Source: the human T2T-CHM13v2.0 reference genome, Homo sapiens. Taken from it: a stretch of 64,000 nt of DNA. The stretch lies in NCBI RefSeq assembly GCF_009914755.1, contig NC_060929.1. The stretch is one strand, 5' to 3'. Both the position numbers and the translations under genes were made by a program. This document shows, one piece after another, positions 29,040-43,694 of this stretch. Numbering within the stretch: position 1 is the first letter of the stretch; the number at the start of each line of letters is the position of its first letter. Below the pieces are notes generated by a model. It worked only from the letters and a program-made list of their open reading frames with translations. It ran no database searches and was not told the origin of the DNA.

Positions 29040-30040
29040 GACAGATGGATACATGGACGGGTGGATGGAAGGATGGATGGATGGATGGATGGATGGATGG
29101 ATGGATGGATGGATGATGTCTGGGCAGAACTTTAGTTTGTTATTATATATTCATTTGTGGAATTATTTGATTGATATTGTGCCCCTTCTAACTGCAAGCC
29201 CTGAAAAGGTAGCAGTTGTGTCGATCATGTTCACCAGACTATCCTCAGGCCCTGGAATATAGTAAAAACCTGAGAAATATTAGTAGAACAAGTTGAATGG
29301 ATGCTTGAGTGGATGTGGATGGGTAGATGTATACATGGATGCATGGATGGATATGTGGATGCATGGATGTGTATGTAGATGCATGTATGTATATGTGGAT
29401 TCATGGATAGTTATATGGAAGCACGGTTGGATATATGGATTCATGGATGGATATATGGATGCACGGATGAGTATGTAGATACATGGATGGATATATGGAT
29501 GCATGGATGGATATATGAATTCATGGATGGATATGTGGATGCATATATGTATATGTGGATTCATGGATGTATATATGGATACATGGATGAATATATGGAT
29601 ACATGGATGTATATATGGATGCATGGATGAATATTTGGATGTATGGATGGATATAGGGGTACATGGGTGGATATATGGATGGATATGTTAATGGATGGAT
29701 GGATGGATGGATATAGGGATGCATGGATGGATATGTGGATGGATGGATGGATATATGGATGTGTGGATGGATATGTAGATTCATAGATGAATATGTGGAT
29801 GATGCATGTATGTGTATGTGAATGCTGCATGTAGGTATATGTGGATGCAGGGATGAAGATGTGGATTCATGGATAGATATGTGGATTCATGGATGGATAT
29901 GTGGATGCATGGATGGATGGGTGAGTGGCAGGATGAACGAGTGGAAGAATGTATAGAAGAATGGATGCTGGGTAGGTAGGTGGATAAATAGGCGGATGGA
30001 TACATGGAGGGGTGGATGGAAGGATGGATGGATGGATGTC
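29040..30040. repeat. (GGAT)n and degenerate (ATGG/ATAT)n simple-repeat array with an L2 fragment between blocks
   Basis: Near-pure GGAT run at ~29070-29115; long degenerate array at 29295-30040. Confidence 0.9.
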
Positions 30041-30565
30041 TGGGTGGAACTTCAGAATGTTAGACTGTTAGAATGTTCATAATCATGAAACTCTAGAATG
30101 CTAAAGACAGGTACCTTTTATTTATTACATTGTTAAAATAAAACATAGCATTATAATTAGAAGGGACAATTAAGAGCTCAGTTCCCTCTTATAGGAGATG
30201 AGCAGATAGGCTCTGAGAAGTGAAATCGATGTGTCCAAGGCCACACAGCAAATTAGGTGTCCACAAATCTGTTTTCTCACCACTGTGTGAAACAGCCTCT
30301 GGAAAAGGGGCCAGAAGGCTTTGTTCCAGTCCTGTCTCTTCTGAGGTTTCTGTGTGACTTGGGACAAGTCATTGGGACTCCATTTTCTCTTTAGAAGAAA
30401 AGATTGGGTCTCTCCCAGGGGCAAAATCTAGCTATTCCCTTGCATTTTTGGGAAGGTCAGCCTTACTGAGCTGTGTTGGATATCCCTCCCCATACCTTTC
30501 TCAAAGCCCAATAGAGTTGTCAGGATGGACGCCAGGCCCCTAGGGGTAAAGTGAAGTAATTTTAC

Positions 30566-31342
30566 AATGAGTCAGTGTACAGTATGAATTTTTTTAGTTT
30601 CAAAAAAGTGTGAAAACATGGTTCCATATTCCATAGAGGATAGTCCAAAGGCCTCAGCCTGACTTTATGGACCCTGGGAGCTTCTGGGACCTCCCATTCT
30701 GGTCTGAGGACCAACCTCCAACTCCCTCTTGAGCCAGCCTGGCCACCGGCCATATCTCCATGCGTGACTTTCCACTCTCTGGTGTGCCCCGGGGGTCGGG
30801 GGAAGCTGCGTGTTATAAAAGGGCCCTTAGTGAGTTTCTGGTACCACATAACCTTCCTGGAACTTTGTCACTACCCTGGACTTCTGCAACCCCAGCCTCT
30901 GAAGCTGGGGGTGTGTCTGCCAGGGGGAACTTCCCCTCCCCCAGAGCCAGCCTCAGGCTGCCTGTCCCCACCCAGAGGAAAAGGGGCTCCACATGTTGGG
31001 AAGGGAAGGACCTCTGCAGCAGCCATGGAAGAAAGTAGGTCTTGAGCATCTCAGAGCCCCAGACACCCAGGATTGTGGGAGTCAGAGAGAAGGGGATCTC
31101 AGTCTGTCTAGGAGAGTGGGGGAGAAAAACCATCCTATATGGCAGAGGTTAGGGGTGGGGTGCAGGAAGGGGGCAGGGGAGAGAAGAGGAGGCTGGGGCG
31201 GTGCTCCCAGGAGCTCCCAGGGGCCATAAAGTCAGTCTAATGAGGCCTTTGGACTTTATCCTCTGTGGAATATGGAACCTTTTTTTTTAAAGGTGTTCAC
31301 ACTTTTTGACATAAAAAAATTTGTATTGCACAGTCACTTATT
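30566..31342. repeat. inverted repeat with ~125-135-bp arms (30566-30689 and 31205-31342)
   Basis: Left 'ggttccatattccatagaggatagtccaaaggcctca' is close to the reverse complement of right 'tgaggcctttggactttatcctctgtggaatatggaacc'; similarity extends in both directions. Confidence 0.9.
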
Positions 31343-31565
31343 TACAAAAAAAAGGCAGCAAACAATACAACTGAATTCTTAGTAAAAAATAAATTTTCCT
31401 TCCCCTCTCCCAATTCCTTCTTGAGAAGCAAACCCTTTTGACAGGTCTTGTATGTCTTTGGAGCAATATTCGAGGCTATATTGATTCAATGCATTCCATT
31501 GCTTCCTTTTTGTAAGTGGTAATGTACTATACACACCATTCTCTGTTCCAGTGTATGCTTTATAG

Positions 31566-31876
<311 letters not shown>

Positions 31877-34373
31877 TAATTTCTGAGCAGCACATGTAGG
31901 TGTATCTCATTGGTTTTACCCCCACTTACTGTCCTGCCATATAGACGCTCTGCACGTCATTACCCATCCCTACGAATGGACCTTGACATCATTTCTAGCC
32001 ATTTGCTTCCACAAACAACCCTGCGATGAACATATCCTCACGCATTCACCTTTGAGCATGTGGGCTGGTGTGCCAGCTGGATAACTTCCTAGAAGTGGTA
32101 TTGCTGGTCAAAGGATACATGCATTTAATTCAGTATGTGTCACCACATTGTTGCCTAGAAGGTTTTGAGCAGGGGAATGACAGGCCCCCGTGGTCTGGTC
32201 AGTTGCTGCTAATGCATTTGGCAGGAGGTAGAAAGAGCAAATTATTGGATTATGAGCCACACAGTCTCCAGGTCTGAGATGGACTAAAGTATCTTCAAAT
32301 GAGGGTTTATTCAGAGTCCCTGTGAGCCCTTTCAAAGCCCCCAGCTCTGTGCTCTCTGTAGTGCTCTCTGGAGCCTGGGAGAAAGGGATTCCAGTAGACA
32401 AGTTCCTTTGCTGTGGGGAGAGGTCCCCAGTTCACCAGTCATGCAAGGACCCACATCCCCCGCCAGGGGTGGCTGCAAACAACCTAGTGGGGAGAGGACA
32501 GGCTGCCGACAGCTGCAAGGAACGAAGTTCAGCCAAAGCCCGCGCAGAGGGCTGCCAAGAGTTTTTTCTTTTCATTTTTCCAAGCCTTGCGCTTTGGGCT
32601 GGGGCACAGTGTCATCCTCATGTTTCCTATTATTTTACAAGGCTCCCATCAAAGCGCCAGCCGCACAGGCTCTTTGATGTCTGAGCTGGAGCCTGCCTCT
32701 GCCTTGGGGAGAAGCATCTTTGCTGAGGATCAAGAGGTGAATGAGGCCTGAGATGGTCCCCATGCCTCTCCCCTACGTGCTCCCCTGGCTCATCTCCTGG
32801 CTGGGACCATAGGCCCCTGGAGGGGGAGAGAGGGACCGCCACAGCCAGCCAAGCTGAAAAGCCTCTAAGATAGCTCAGAAGGGGATGTGGAGGCCCAGAG
32901 AGGGCCAAGGGGCTGCTCCAGGCCACACAGCAACTTGGTAGAGCACTTCAGCTCTGGTGGTGATCAGACGCTGGGTGAGACAGCAGAGGGGATTTCTACC
33001 AGAGTCAAACCAAGCCTGGCAGGCAGCCTTTGTCTCTTGGTTTCTCAGTTTCTCCACCTCACGTCCTAGAAGTCTTTTGGGGCTGATACTGTGCATCTGA
33101 GGGTGGCGCTTGTGTGGGCTCTGTCCCTTCTAAATACGTGACCTTGAGCAAGTTACTTAACACAACCAAGCCTCAGCTTTTTCCTCTCTAAAATAAGATA
33201 ATGGCAATTGTCAGCTTAGAGGGTCCCTGTGTGGGTGCAATAAGAAGATTCACAGAAAATACTTAGCACGGTGCCTGACACGTGAAGGGTCTCGAAAAGG
33301 AAGGGCTGTTATCGTTGTTGCTGGTAATGACAATAAAGAAGTGGGAAGGGGGCTTCTAAGGAGAAGAGGCTCGTGCAGCATAGACTTGCTGCTATACCTC
33401 CCCGTCCTCAGCCCAGTCCTGGTCTAAGAAGGGACTGGGGCCTTCTCTGCAATCCAGGGAATTAGCTCCTTTTCTGCCCCCCTCCCAGCCCCTACCTCTA
33501 ATTCCAAGGCTGTCTTCTGAGCCTCAGGGTTAGAGGGGGTGGGGAACAGATGAGGCAAAGGTGCCAGGCCTGGGATGGGGGCACTAATGGTGTCTGGGCC
33601 GGAAGGTCTGGTAGGTGGGGGAGGGGTGTCTGGAGGACATGGCCCGCAGCCCTGACTCCCGGAGGCAGCCAGAGTGGAAGTGGGGGTGGGTCTTGGCAAA
33701 GCTGAAAAGGCTGGGATTTGACTTGGAAACACATTGAGAAGTCCCTGGCGGCTGCCTCCTCAGTAACAGCCCCTCTGAAGCTGAGCCCGGGACGGGGAGG
33801 CTGTTTTGTATAAAGGGGCTCTGGGGACCTCAGTGATGGAGAATGGACTGAAACCTCTCCCCCAGAACTGCAGCATGCGCAGCTGAGCCCCCAGCACTTC
33901 CTGCAGGCCTGCCCCAGGGGCTGCAGAATTCCAGCCATCAAGCCTGTGTGGACAAGGGACGGGGCAGGGGAGGAAGGGACCCTGGAGTTCACAGATGGGA
34001 AAGGGCAGAAGCGCCGTCTCAGATAGCCCCAAGCCCTGGTCTCTTGGCCTTCGCCTTCCTGTTTTTTGTCACAACTGCATTGAACCTGTGATGTTACTTA
34101 CGTAACAGTTTTCTTTAAATTGATTCACTTTTTAAAACCTGAATACAGTTATTTCAAAGGGAATTTGATATTGCTACTGTAAAGGGAAGATAGTAACACT
34201 CACCGTACATAGTAACCATGTAAATAAAATACAATAAAAACAAAACAATGTTGTTAAATTTTACCTAGAGCCTGAGACTTGTTCTCTCCCTCTCTGATAA
34301 AAAGGAAGATTAACAAGCGTCAGAGCTATGTTAAAGACAGGCTAGCACCCAACTAAGACTTTCTTCTTGATTA

Positions 34374-34880
<507 letters not shown>

Positions 34881-35970
34881 CACCCTCAATGAATGAAAGA
34901 GAGTTTTTAAAGGAACAGCTTTCTCACTGCTAAGTGATATTGGATAGTTCCATGTCCCTATGCCACCAAGAAAAAAAAATCTTGAGAAACACTGTTCTGA
35001 TTCAAGGTGGAATTAGACCAACAAAACACGCTAGTGTGGGAATCTGCAAGTAGGTTAAGAACATCCCAAATGGGGGAAATTCTGACGGCTCCATGCAGGA
35101 GAAGGAGGCACTGGGGCTGGACCCATAGGCCAGCTAGTGTAAGACAGCAATCTTGGAGCCCGAGCACCCTTCCTCCCATTGAGCCATAGCCTGGAAGACA
35201 GAGGCCACTCCTCAGTGATTAAGGCTTGACCCTTCTTTCTGAAGACCGGGGATCTTGTGTTCGAGTGACTGTGGTTTGTGAGCTTGAGTGACTGAGTGTG
35301 TTTGCCCAAATCACACCCTCTCAAGATGGAAAAGGGCTTTTAAGGGTATCTCCTCTAATACCACCTACCAGTCCTGCCCACCCCATGTGGGCATCTGAAC
35401 CTTGTGTCCAGTGATAGGGTGCTCACCACCTACCAAGGTATGTCTTTCCATCACTGGGCAGCTTAGGAAGCTCTTCCTTAGGCTGAACAGAAACCTGCCT
35501 TCCTGTTATGTCTCTGTAGATTAACCGCTGCCTTCTGAACAAAGTGCTCCCCTCTGTCCCGGGACAGTCCTTCAGAGCTGTATTGGTAGCCCACTGGAGT
35601 CTGAATAGACATACTTCTTTGAATTCTACCTGTTATGGCCTGGTCTCTGGCTTTCTCATTTGCGGAGAAATGGCCTTAGGCCCCCAGACCAGGGCATGCC
35701 TGGAGGCCCTGACTTGTGTGCTATCTTCAGGCAGGGAGTAAGAATGAGGTTTGTCCTGGGAGCCGGGGCCAGGGCAGAGCCAGGACAAGGAGGAAAGCTC
35801 CTTTCTGAGCTTTTGGATGCTGAGTCTGCAGGAGTTGCAGGCAGAGCCCCGGAGACCTGGGTTCTGTTCCCTACGCAGTCCCTTATTTGTTGTGCAGCTT
35901 CAGGCAACACTCCTTTCCCTTCTGAGCCTTGGCTCTATTTTATATATTCCAGAAGTGGCTTGGCCTATTT

Positions 35971-36278
<308 letters not shown>

Positions 36279-39200
36279 TAACAATAAAAACATTTGTGTC
36301 TGTTCTGGTTGGCCAGTGCTGGCTGGAACTGTGATAAGAATTCAGAGGCGGTGTCTGGGTTTGGTGGGTAAATGGGCAGTGTGTGGTCAGTGGAATGGCA
36401 GTTTGAGAGCTATGTAGGTAACAGTCATGGAAGACTTAGGGGGCTGCCAGCTCTGGCAGTGCTTGGTTCTGGAATAATAAAGCCCCACAAAGTGAGGTGA
36501 TAATGAAGTCAGACATGGGGCAGGGGGTGTCCCTGCTGGGTGGAGGGGCTTACCCTGCACGGCTGTGCTGACCCTGGAGCTGTCCTTCTTCAGCCTGCAG
36601 ACGTGTGTTAGCTCCCACCCTGCCATCCAGATGGCCAGAGGACAGAGGCGCTCTGTGGAATCCTGTGTGTGGGCCAGGACTTGCGGCTTGAGGGTGGCGT
36701 GGAAGGCGGCAGGGGAGTCTGGCCAAGTGGGGCTGGGGCAGTGGAGATGGGGCTTCTCTGCCAGGGGGAAGATCTTTAGGGAACAAAAACTTGGGTCAGA
36801 GCTGGGGCTTGGCTGCTACACAAAGGGGCTTTCTCCCCATCCCTGCCTTGCAGAGCCAGGAGGCTGGAAGAGGGGAAAACCCAGACTCTGAGTAGCTCAG
36901 AGGGGTCAGAGCAAATCCTCAAGCTGGGCAGGATCCCTAAAAAGCAACCAGTCTTCCCCACAACCTACCAACAGGCCTTCCTGACAGATGGCTACAGAAA
37001 TGGGTCCCTCCACCTGCCCCTGGATCTGCTGCCATCTCACTGTGTGGCCTTTGTCAAATTCCTTCCCCTCTCCCTGGGCCTCAGTTTCCCCAACTGTAAG
37101 AAGAAGGAATTGCACAGATGGTCACTAAAAGCTCTCCCGGGCCTCACATTTGCAGACTACAAGTTCTCTCATCATCATCAAGTCTTTCAGTTCACGGAGC
37201 ACTTTCTTATTTACCACTTAGTTTATCCCTCAACAACCTGGGGAGGTGGGCGTGGTGAACATTATCCCCAGTTTTTTTCGGATGATAAAACTGAGGCTCA
37301 GAGATGGGGAAAGTCCTTCCAAGTTTGCACAGCAAGGTAATGGTCGAGCAGGACTCTTGCCGTTCTGTCCAGACCTCCATCAACTGCCCCAGAAGTTTGC
37401 AAGGGGCTTCAGTGGGGCCTGGATGCTGTGGAAGGAGGTCAGAGGCCTGAGAAGAGCAGATGTGGAGGATGAGGGAGATGGGATGAAGCAGGCATGATTG
37501 CTTCACTTGTCTGTTATTTTATATGGATTTCCATGTAGGAAATATTTTGAGGAAAAAAATATTTATGCCTAAAAAATTGGAAGACCCCGTGCTGTTGCAA
37601 GACTTCTCAGGTGGAAGCTGAGGCGGACCCTCTTCTGAGCTGCACAGACTCTGGGTTGGGTAGCTTTACCTGGGGATTAAGCAAGAACTTCATGTATCTA
37701 ATGGAAATGAAGGGGATTTGCACATCTTAGATCGTAGACATTTAGCATGCGATGGCATTTGGGAAGAGGTTGGAAAAGTTCAAAACACATAGAATCACCA
37801 AGTATGAAAATGTCAGCACTGTGAGATGCTAATGCTGGAAGGATCTTCAGAAACCATCTTGTTCCTCCACCCTTCCCTGTTCTTCCCTGAAGGGAAACAG
37901 AGGCCCAGCGAGGAGAAGAACTTGGCTCAGGTCTCACAGCATCAGGAGCAACAGGACTACAAGTTGGGTCTCCACACTTGGCTGACAGTTTCGGCATAGG
38001 CCACTCTCTGGGTAGGCATTAGGAGTCAGGGGACAGGGGAGAGAGAAGAAAAGGAGGGATCTAGGGGCCTGGGGACAGGCAGACAAGAGGTATGTAAGGC
38101 CCAGCCACTCGCTGATAAGAGACCCACAATGTCATTCCAAAGGGCTATTTTATCAAGATGTAATTTTCTCCGCTGCAGACACTATTTTCTTTCTCGTGCA
38201 GACTGTGCTGGCCTTCGCGATAAGGCGCCTAGACATGTTCACACTAAGGCAGCCAAAACATGAGGCAGGAGGAAAAAAATTCCCTTCTTAATCTCCCCCC
38301 ACCCCAGCCCACTCCCCCCTCATTTCCTCTCATTCTCTCCAAGTTCTCATGCCCCCCACCCCCCCAGCTGGCTGGCCCCTTCCTGCCTTCCCGTAAGTCG
38401 GCCCAACGGAGCCAGGAAGGTATGTGGCCCAGCGGCTCTTCTCAAAGGAGAGAAGCATGGAGGGGCCTCCCCTGGGAAAAGAGGCCCAGGCCACAGGCTC
38501 TCCCATGACCCTGCAAGGGCAGGTGGGTTGGGGGGAGGTCTTGTTTACAGGCTTGCCCCTAGAATCTTCTCTCCTCTGTCCCCACAATCTCTGCAAATAA
38601 AACACAGCTCTCTATAGTTTGGGGGTTTAAGCTGGAGGTGATGAGAGCCTCCCCCAACCACAGATTCTCTGCTTCCTGACCCCTACTCCTGACCTCCAAA
38701 TCCAGGGCTTGATAGAGATTCCTGGGGGAGGGGGTCACCCTGCCTACTTTCCCCTAAACACCCCCAGAGAAGAGATCTGGCCAGATAGGAGACCTGGAAT
38801 TCTGATCCCGCAAATCCAGCAGTCACTGTGGGACTAGTCCCTTTTGCTCTCTAGGCTCTCTAGGCCTCAGTTTTCCTATCTGCTCACTAAGAAGGCTGGA
38901 CTCAGATATCCTGGCCTTGAAATTCTACATCTGGCTTTTTCAGAAGACGATGTTCGATCCCAGGCCTCCTAGGTACTTGGCGAGTTGACGGACGGCCCCC
39001 ATGTATCAGTGCCCCGCCCCTGCTCTGCTCAGGAAGTCCACCCCGCCCTCCACATCTGGATGGAATTTACCCCCCAAGGCAACTCAATTACCAGTGATCT
39101 GATCAGGACGGCTCATGTGTCAGAGGGGGCCCTGGTGAAGGTTGCTCTGCCAGAGATGAAGGTTCCTGGGCCAGTGATCTACCCCTCCCACAGCCCAGGG

Positions 39201-39821
39201 TACCTTCTTGAGGTCCCTGGGTCCCAGAATGGGTCTGGTGAGCAGTGTCTCCTGCTGAGCAAGGGTAGGGGACCCAGAAGAGGCTGCCATCTCCTGCACG
39301 GGCTCAGATCCCCCATGCAAAGACCCAAGTCAGGGCAAGGAGGCTAGAAGGTAAGGGAAGATAGTGTACGCATTTCACACCCACGGGCCCCATCATGTAC
39401 CCAACCATTAGAGTTTGCAAGGGCTGGAAATCGTCATGACTTCTGTCCACATTCTGGATTCTAGAAGGGGAACCTATATGGTAGGACTGGCACCTGCTTG
39501 CAGGGCTGTGATAGTGAGGGTTGGGGACCTAGTGCTGTGTCTCAATAAACCTCCCTTGGGAAATCAAGACAATCCTGCTGTCTTCCTGTGGCTTCTGCTA
39601 AGTTGGCTAGTGGGGGACAGTGGGCTTTGGAGCTTCCTGTTTCTTCAAGTCTCCATTTAACGCCTCTTACTCTGAGCCCATGCTCAAGGACTGTTTTCTT
39701 AGACATTGCACCTCTCGGCTGTGTCCCATCCCTCACCATCAACATACACAGGAGGCTCAGTGAGCCCAGGAGTTCTGGGACATAGTGTGCTGTGCTGATT
39801 GAGTGTCCACACTAAATTTGG

Positions 39822-40441
<620 letters not shown>

Positions 40442-41105
40442 ACCACACTAAATTTGGCATGAATATAATGACTTCCTGGGGGTAGGAAACCACCCGGTTA
40501 CCTAAGGAGGGACAAACTTCCCTGTATCAGAAACAGAGTGGGTCAAAACCCTCACACTCCTCAGTAGTGGGATCTTGCCTGTGAATACCCACTGCCCTCG
40601 CAACACATCGTGGTCACGGGTAGGGCTCGCCAGACCGAGGAAGCAGTGTCCCCCGCCCACAGAGAAACACACACTACCTCCTTCCATCTGAGAGTTTAAC
40701 CAGGACCTCTCTGGCATCCAGCGCAGCAAATGTTCACGAATGCCAATTCAGAACAAGCACGGTGCTCAGCCCTGCTGCAGGGGGAAAGAAAAGACTGAGG
40801 CTGAGTCTCACTCCTCCAGGGGCTCATCCTGTCACCAGGGACAGAAAATGCTGCCCCTAGAGCCAGTCTGTGCTGCCGTGAAGGGCATAGGCTGGAGGTA
40901 GCAGGTTATACTCGTAGGACACACTTAAATACCCGCACTGCCACGGACAGGCTGGGGGGCTTTCAGCAAACAGTTCGGCCTCCCTACCAGCTTTCTGGGG
41001 TTGTCAGGAATGCGTGTATGGTGCATGTGAAACGCTTAGTACAGTGCCCGGCACAGAGGAAGTGCTCCATTAATGGCGGTTTTCTTATTATTTTATGAGA
41101 TAATT

Positions 41106-41150
41106 AGTATCCAGATAAGTATCCAGATATAGTATCCAGATAAGTATCCC
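41106..41150 (+). repeat. 12-13-bp tandem repeat (AGTATCCAGATA)x3.5
   Basis: Directly visible. Confidence 0.85.
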
Positions 41151-42741
41151 AGTACCTGGGAAACTTGCTATTGCAGAGCCCAGCCCAGAACTCCTACGAA
41201 ACCCCCTTTCTAAAGAGGCCTCTGAACTGTTACCAACAGAGAGTTCCATGTGCAGAGACAACACAACTCATGGACTTTCCACATCAGCAAGCTGATGGTG
41301 GCGGTGGAAGGCAGGGGCCGCTGATGGTGGTGGGGAGGGAGGGGTCCCCAGAGGCCTGAAGGTGCAGGCTGACATGGTGGGGGGTCTGGCTTGGGAAGGA
41401 GGGGGAGGTTGAGGTGGGGCCAGGTTCACAGGGGCCTTGAATCAATCCCCTCTAGCCCCTCATATGGCCGGGGGACCTGCTGTCGGTTTATTGCAAGGGT
41501 GACGACAAGGACACGGAAGCGCTTGTTCAGGAAGCTGATTCTGGGGCCGGATGCAGGTTACACCGAGGGCCACCCATGGGCAAGGAGGCCTGTCAGGGCC
41601 TGTTGCAACCCAGACAGGATTTAATGCCAGGATCCATTCTCAACACAAAATTCCAGACAGGGAAATCACCATGTACCGGGCGAAGCCCCTCTCACATCCT
41701 TTAATATCACGTGATGCTCACAGTTGAGTGAAACGACGATCTCTGCTTCACAGGTAAAGAACCAGGTCCTTAGAGAAGGGACCCCACACACTTGCTAGTG
41801 GCATGGTGAGGCCAAGAACCCGGGAAGCAAGCTTCTGCATCAGTGCCCCCTTTTTCATGGATGGTTTGGGGGTGCTCTTCCTGGCAGGGGCCAGGAAAGT
41901 GACTGTTATTGGCTGTAGAGACACCCAGTGGTATGCGGTGCTGAGTAGTCTTGGGACCAATGCTGGGGCCAAGTACTGAGTGAGCCCCAGGAGGGTGACC
42001 CGCACTGGCTCTGGAGTCAGGGAATCCTGGTTGGAGGCCCAGCCCCCTTACCACCAGTGTGGCCTAGGGAGACATCTAAACCTCTCTGAGCCTCAGTTGC
42101 CCTAAAGTGAGGATGACTGTGGTACCTACTGCAAAGTGTATCGGAGAAGAGTCCCTGAGAAGACATCTGCGAAGACAGAGGCTCTTTCTGTACTGTGAGC
42201 CTGGGGGTCGGCGGTGGGGGCTTGTCTTACAGTAACTACTGCAGTGCCAGTGCTGGGCACAGGCTTGACTGTAGCAGGGACTCAATCAATATCATCATAA
42301 TAAAGTGTTTGCATTTATCATGGGCACTTAGTAAGTGTCAAGCACTGTGTTAACTGGTTAACTAAATGGATGGTTAGGCAGTTGATGAGAAGGGATTGAA
42401 TTCTAACAGGAGAGGGGAACTGAGGCCACCTCCGGAGAATGAATAGACATGAGTGGGGAAACTGCACAGACCCCAACCGAGGGACCCTGCCTGGAGGGAG
42501 CTGGGAACAGCTTGCCGGCAAAACCTTGCCAGCAAACACAAGCTCAGAAGAGCCGGGGTCGATTTTCTGTCCTGCCATCATTTTGCTGCGTGACTTTGGC
42601 CAAACCTCAGACCTCTCTGGGCCTCTGCTTTTGTTCCTAGAGAACAGATGGAGGGCGAGAGGGGACTTGGGAGCTGAACTGTAAAGGAGGGAGGCTCCTG
42701 CACCTGAGGCTTCCAGGTCTGTTGGGATCTGCCGGCCTGAA

Positions 42742-43570
42742 GGGGATTTCCTGGGGCCAGCCCCATTCCCAGCCCTGCTGACGTCACCCCTGGATGGGTG
42801 CCCAGAGTTGGAGGGGATGCCCAGAGCAGCACTCCAGTGGGAAAGGCAGGCGGGCACTCTCCCAGCCCACACAACAGCCCTCCCTCTGGGGCTCTGGGGT
42901 CTCCCCAGCCCATCCCCCAGGCAGGGAAGTGGGGATCCCTCCTGTTGAAAGAAGAAGGCACAGCCCCTTGGCCCAAATCCGGATTTGCTGTGTGACCTGA
43001 GGCAAGTCCCTGCCCCTTTCTGAGCCTTGGCTCCCCATCTCTGCAATGAGGATAGCAGAGATCCCAAGCTCTTCTGGAACTCTTAACACTCAGGGATCTG
43101 GCTGGGGGGTTAAGGGATCCGGGAAAGGGAAATGGGGCAGGGGGCTGGATTCCAGGGGCTTGCTTCCCACAATAGCACAGAAGGTATAGCGGGTGGTGGG
43201 AAGTGCTGTGGGATAAAGGGAGCCCCGAGTCCTCCAAGTGGCTCCAGGAAGGGGCAAAGCCAGCCTAAGGTTTTGGAAACATATTTATTTTTAAGTGTCC
43301 TGTGTCGCTGGGGGCTTTTTCTTCAGGTTTTGAAATGCTACAGAAGTCAGTACTCTGATGTGTGTGTTTGTCAAGCAGAATATGGGCTGTATTTATTCAT
43401 CCTTTAGCCCAAGCCCTTAAAAATATAGACGGCTAATGTCTTCAGTATGTATGAAATATCCCATATGTTCGGAAACAAAAGGGGCTCTGTTATTAAAGTT
43501 TCATTTCCACACGCCCCCTCCCCTCCCTCCCGCCCGCCCCCCTGACACCCTGCCCTCCTCCCATCCCGCT
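42742..43570 (+). promoter_or_regulatory. SYNPO: SYNPO upstream promoter region
   Basis: GGGGATTTCC (42742), CATTCC (42764), TGACGTCA (42779), MEF2 consensus TTATTTTTAA (43285), and SP/KLF C-rich boxes at 43507-43541 just before a GC-rich exon. Confidence 0.6.
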
Positions 43571-43694
43571 CAGCCTGCTCCAGACAGAGCGCGAGTGAGG
43601 AGCAGGCGGGCAGGCGGCGGGCAGCCGGGCAGCCGTGGACAGAGGCCCGGGCACAGCCAGTTGCTGTGCCAGAGGGTGTGGTGTCCGGCTACAG
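43570..43694 (+). other. SYNPO: SYNPO non-coding first exon (start approximate)
   Basis: CpG/GC-rich and ATG-free; ends in CAG|GTGAGG at 43694/43695; lies upstream of the SYNPO coding exon on the same strand. Confidence 0.7.

Noticed and set aside
41106-41150. Short repeat arrays as CRISPR-like structures
   Set aside because: Eukaryotic DNA; repeats are contiguous with no unique spacers and no cas genes.
42318-43237. 249-aa and 219-aa minus-strand ORFs upstream of SYNPO exon 1
   Set aside because: No recognisable domain, GC-rich composition, and partly MIR/L2-derived.
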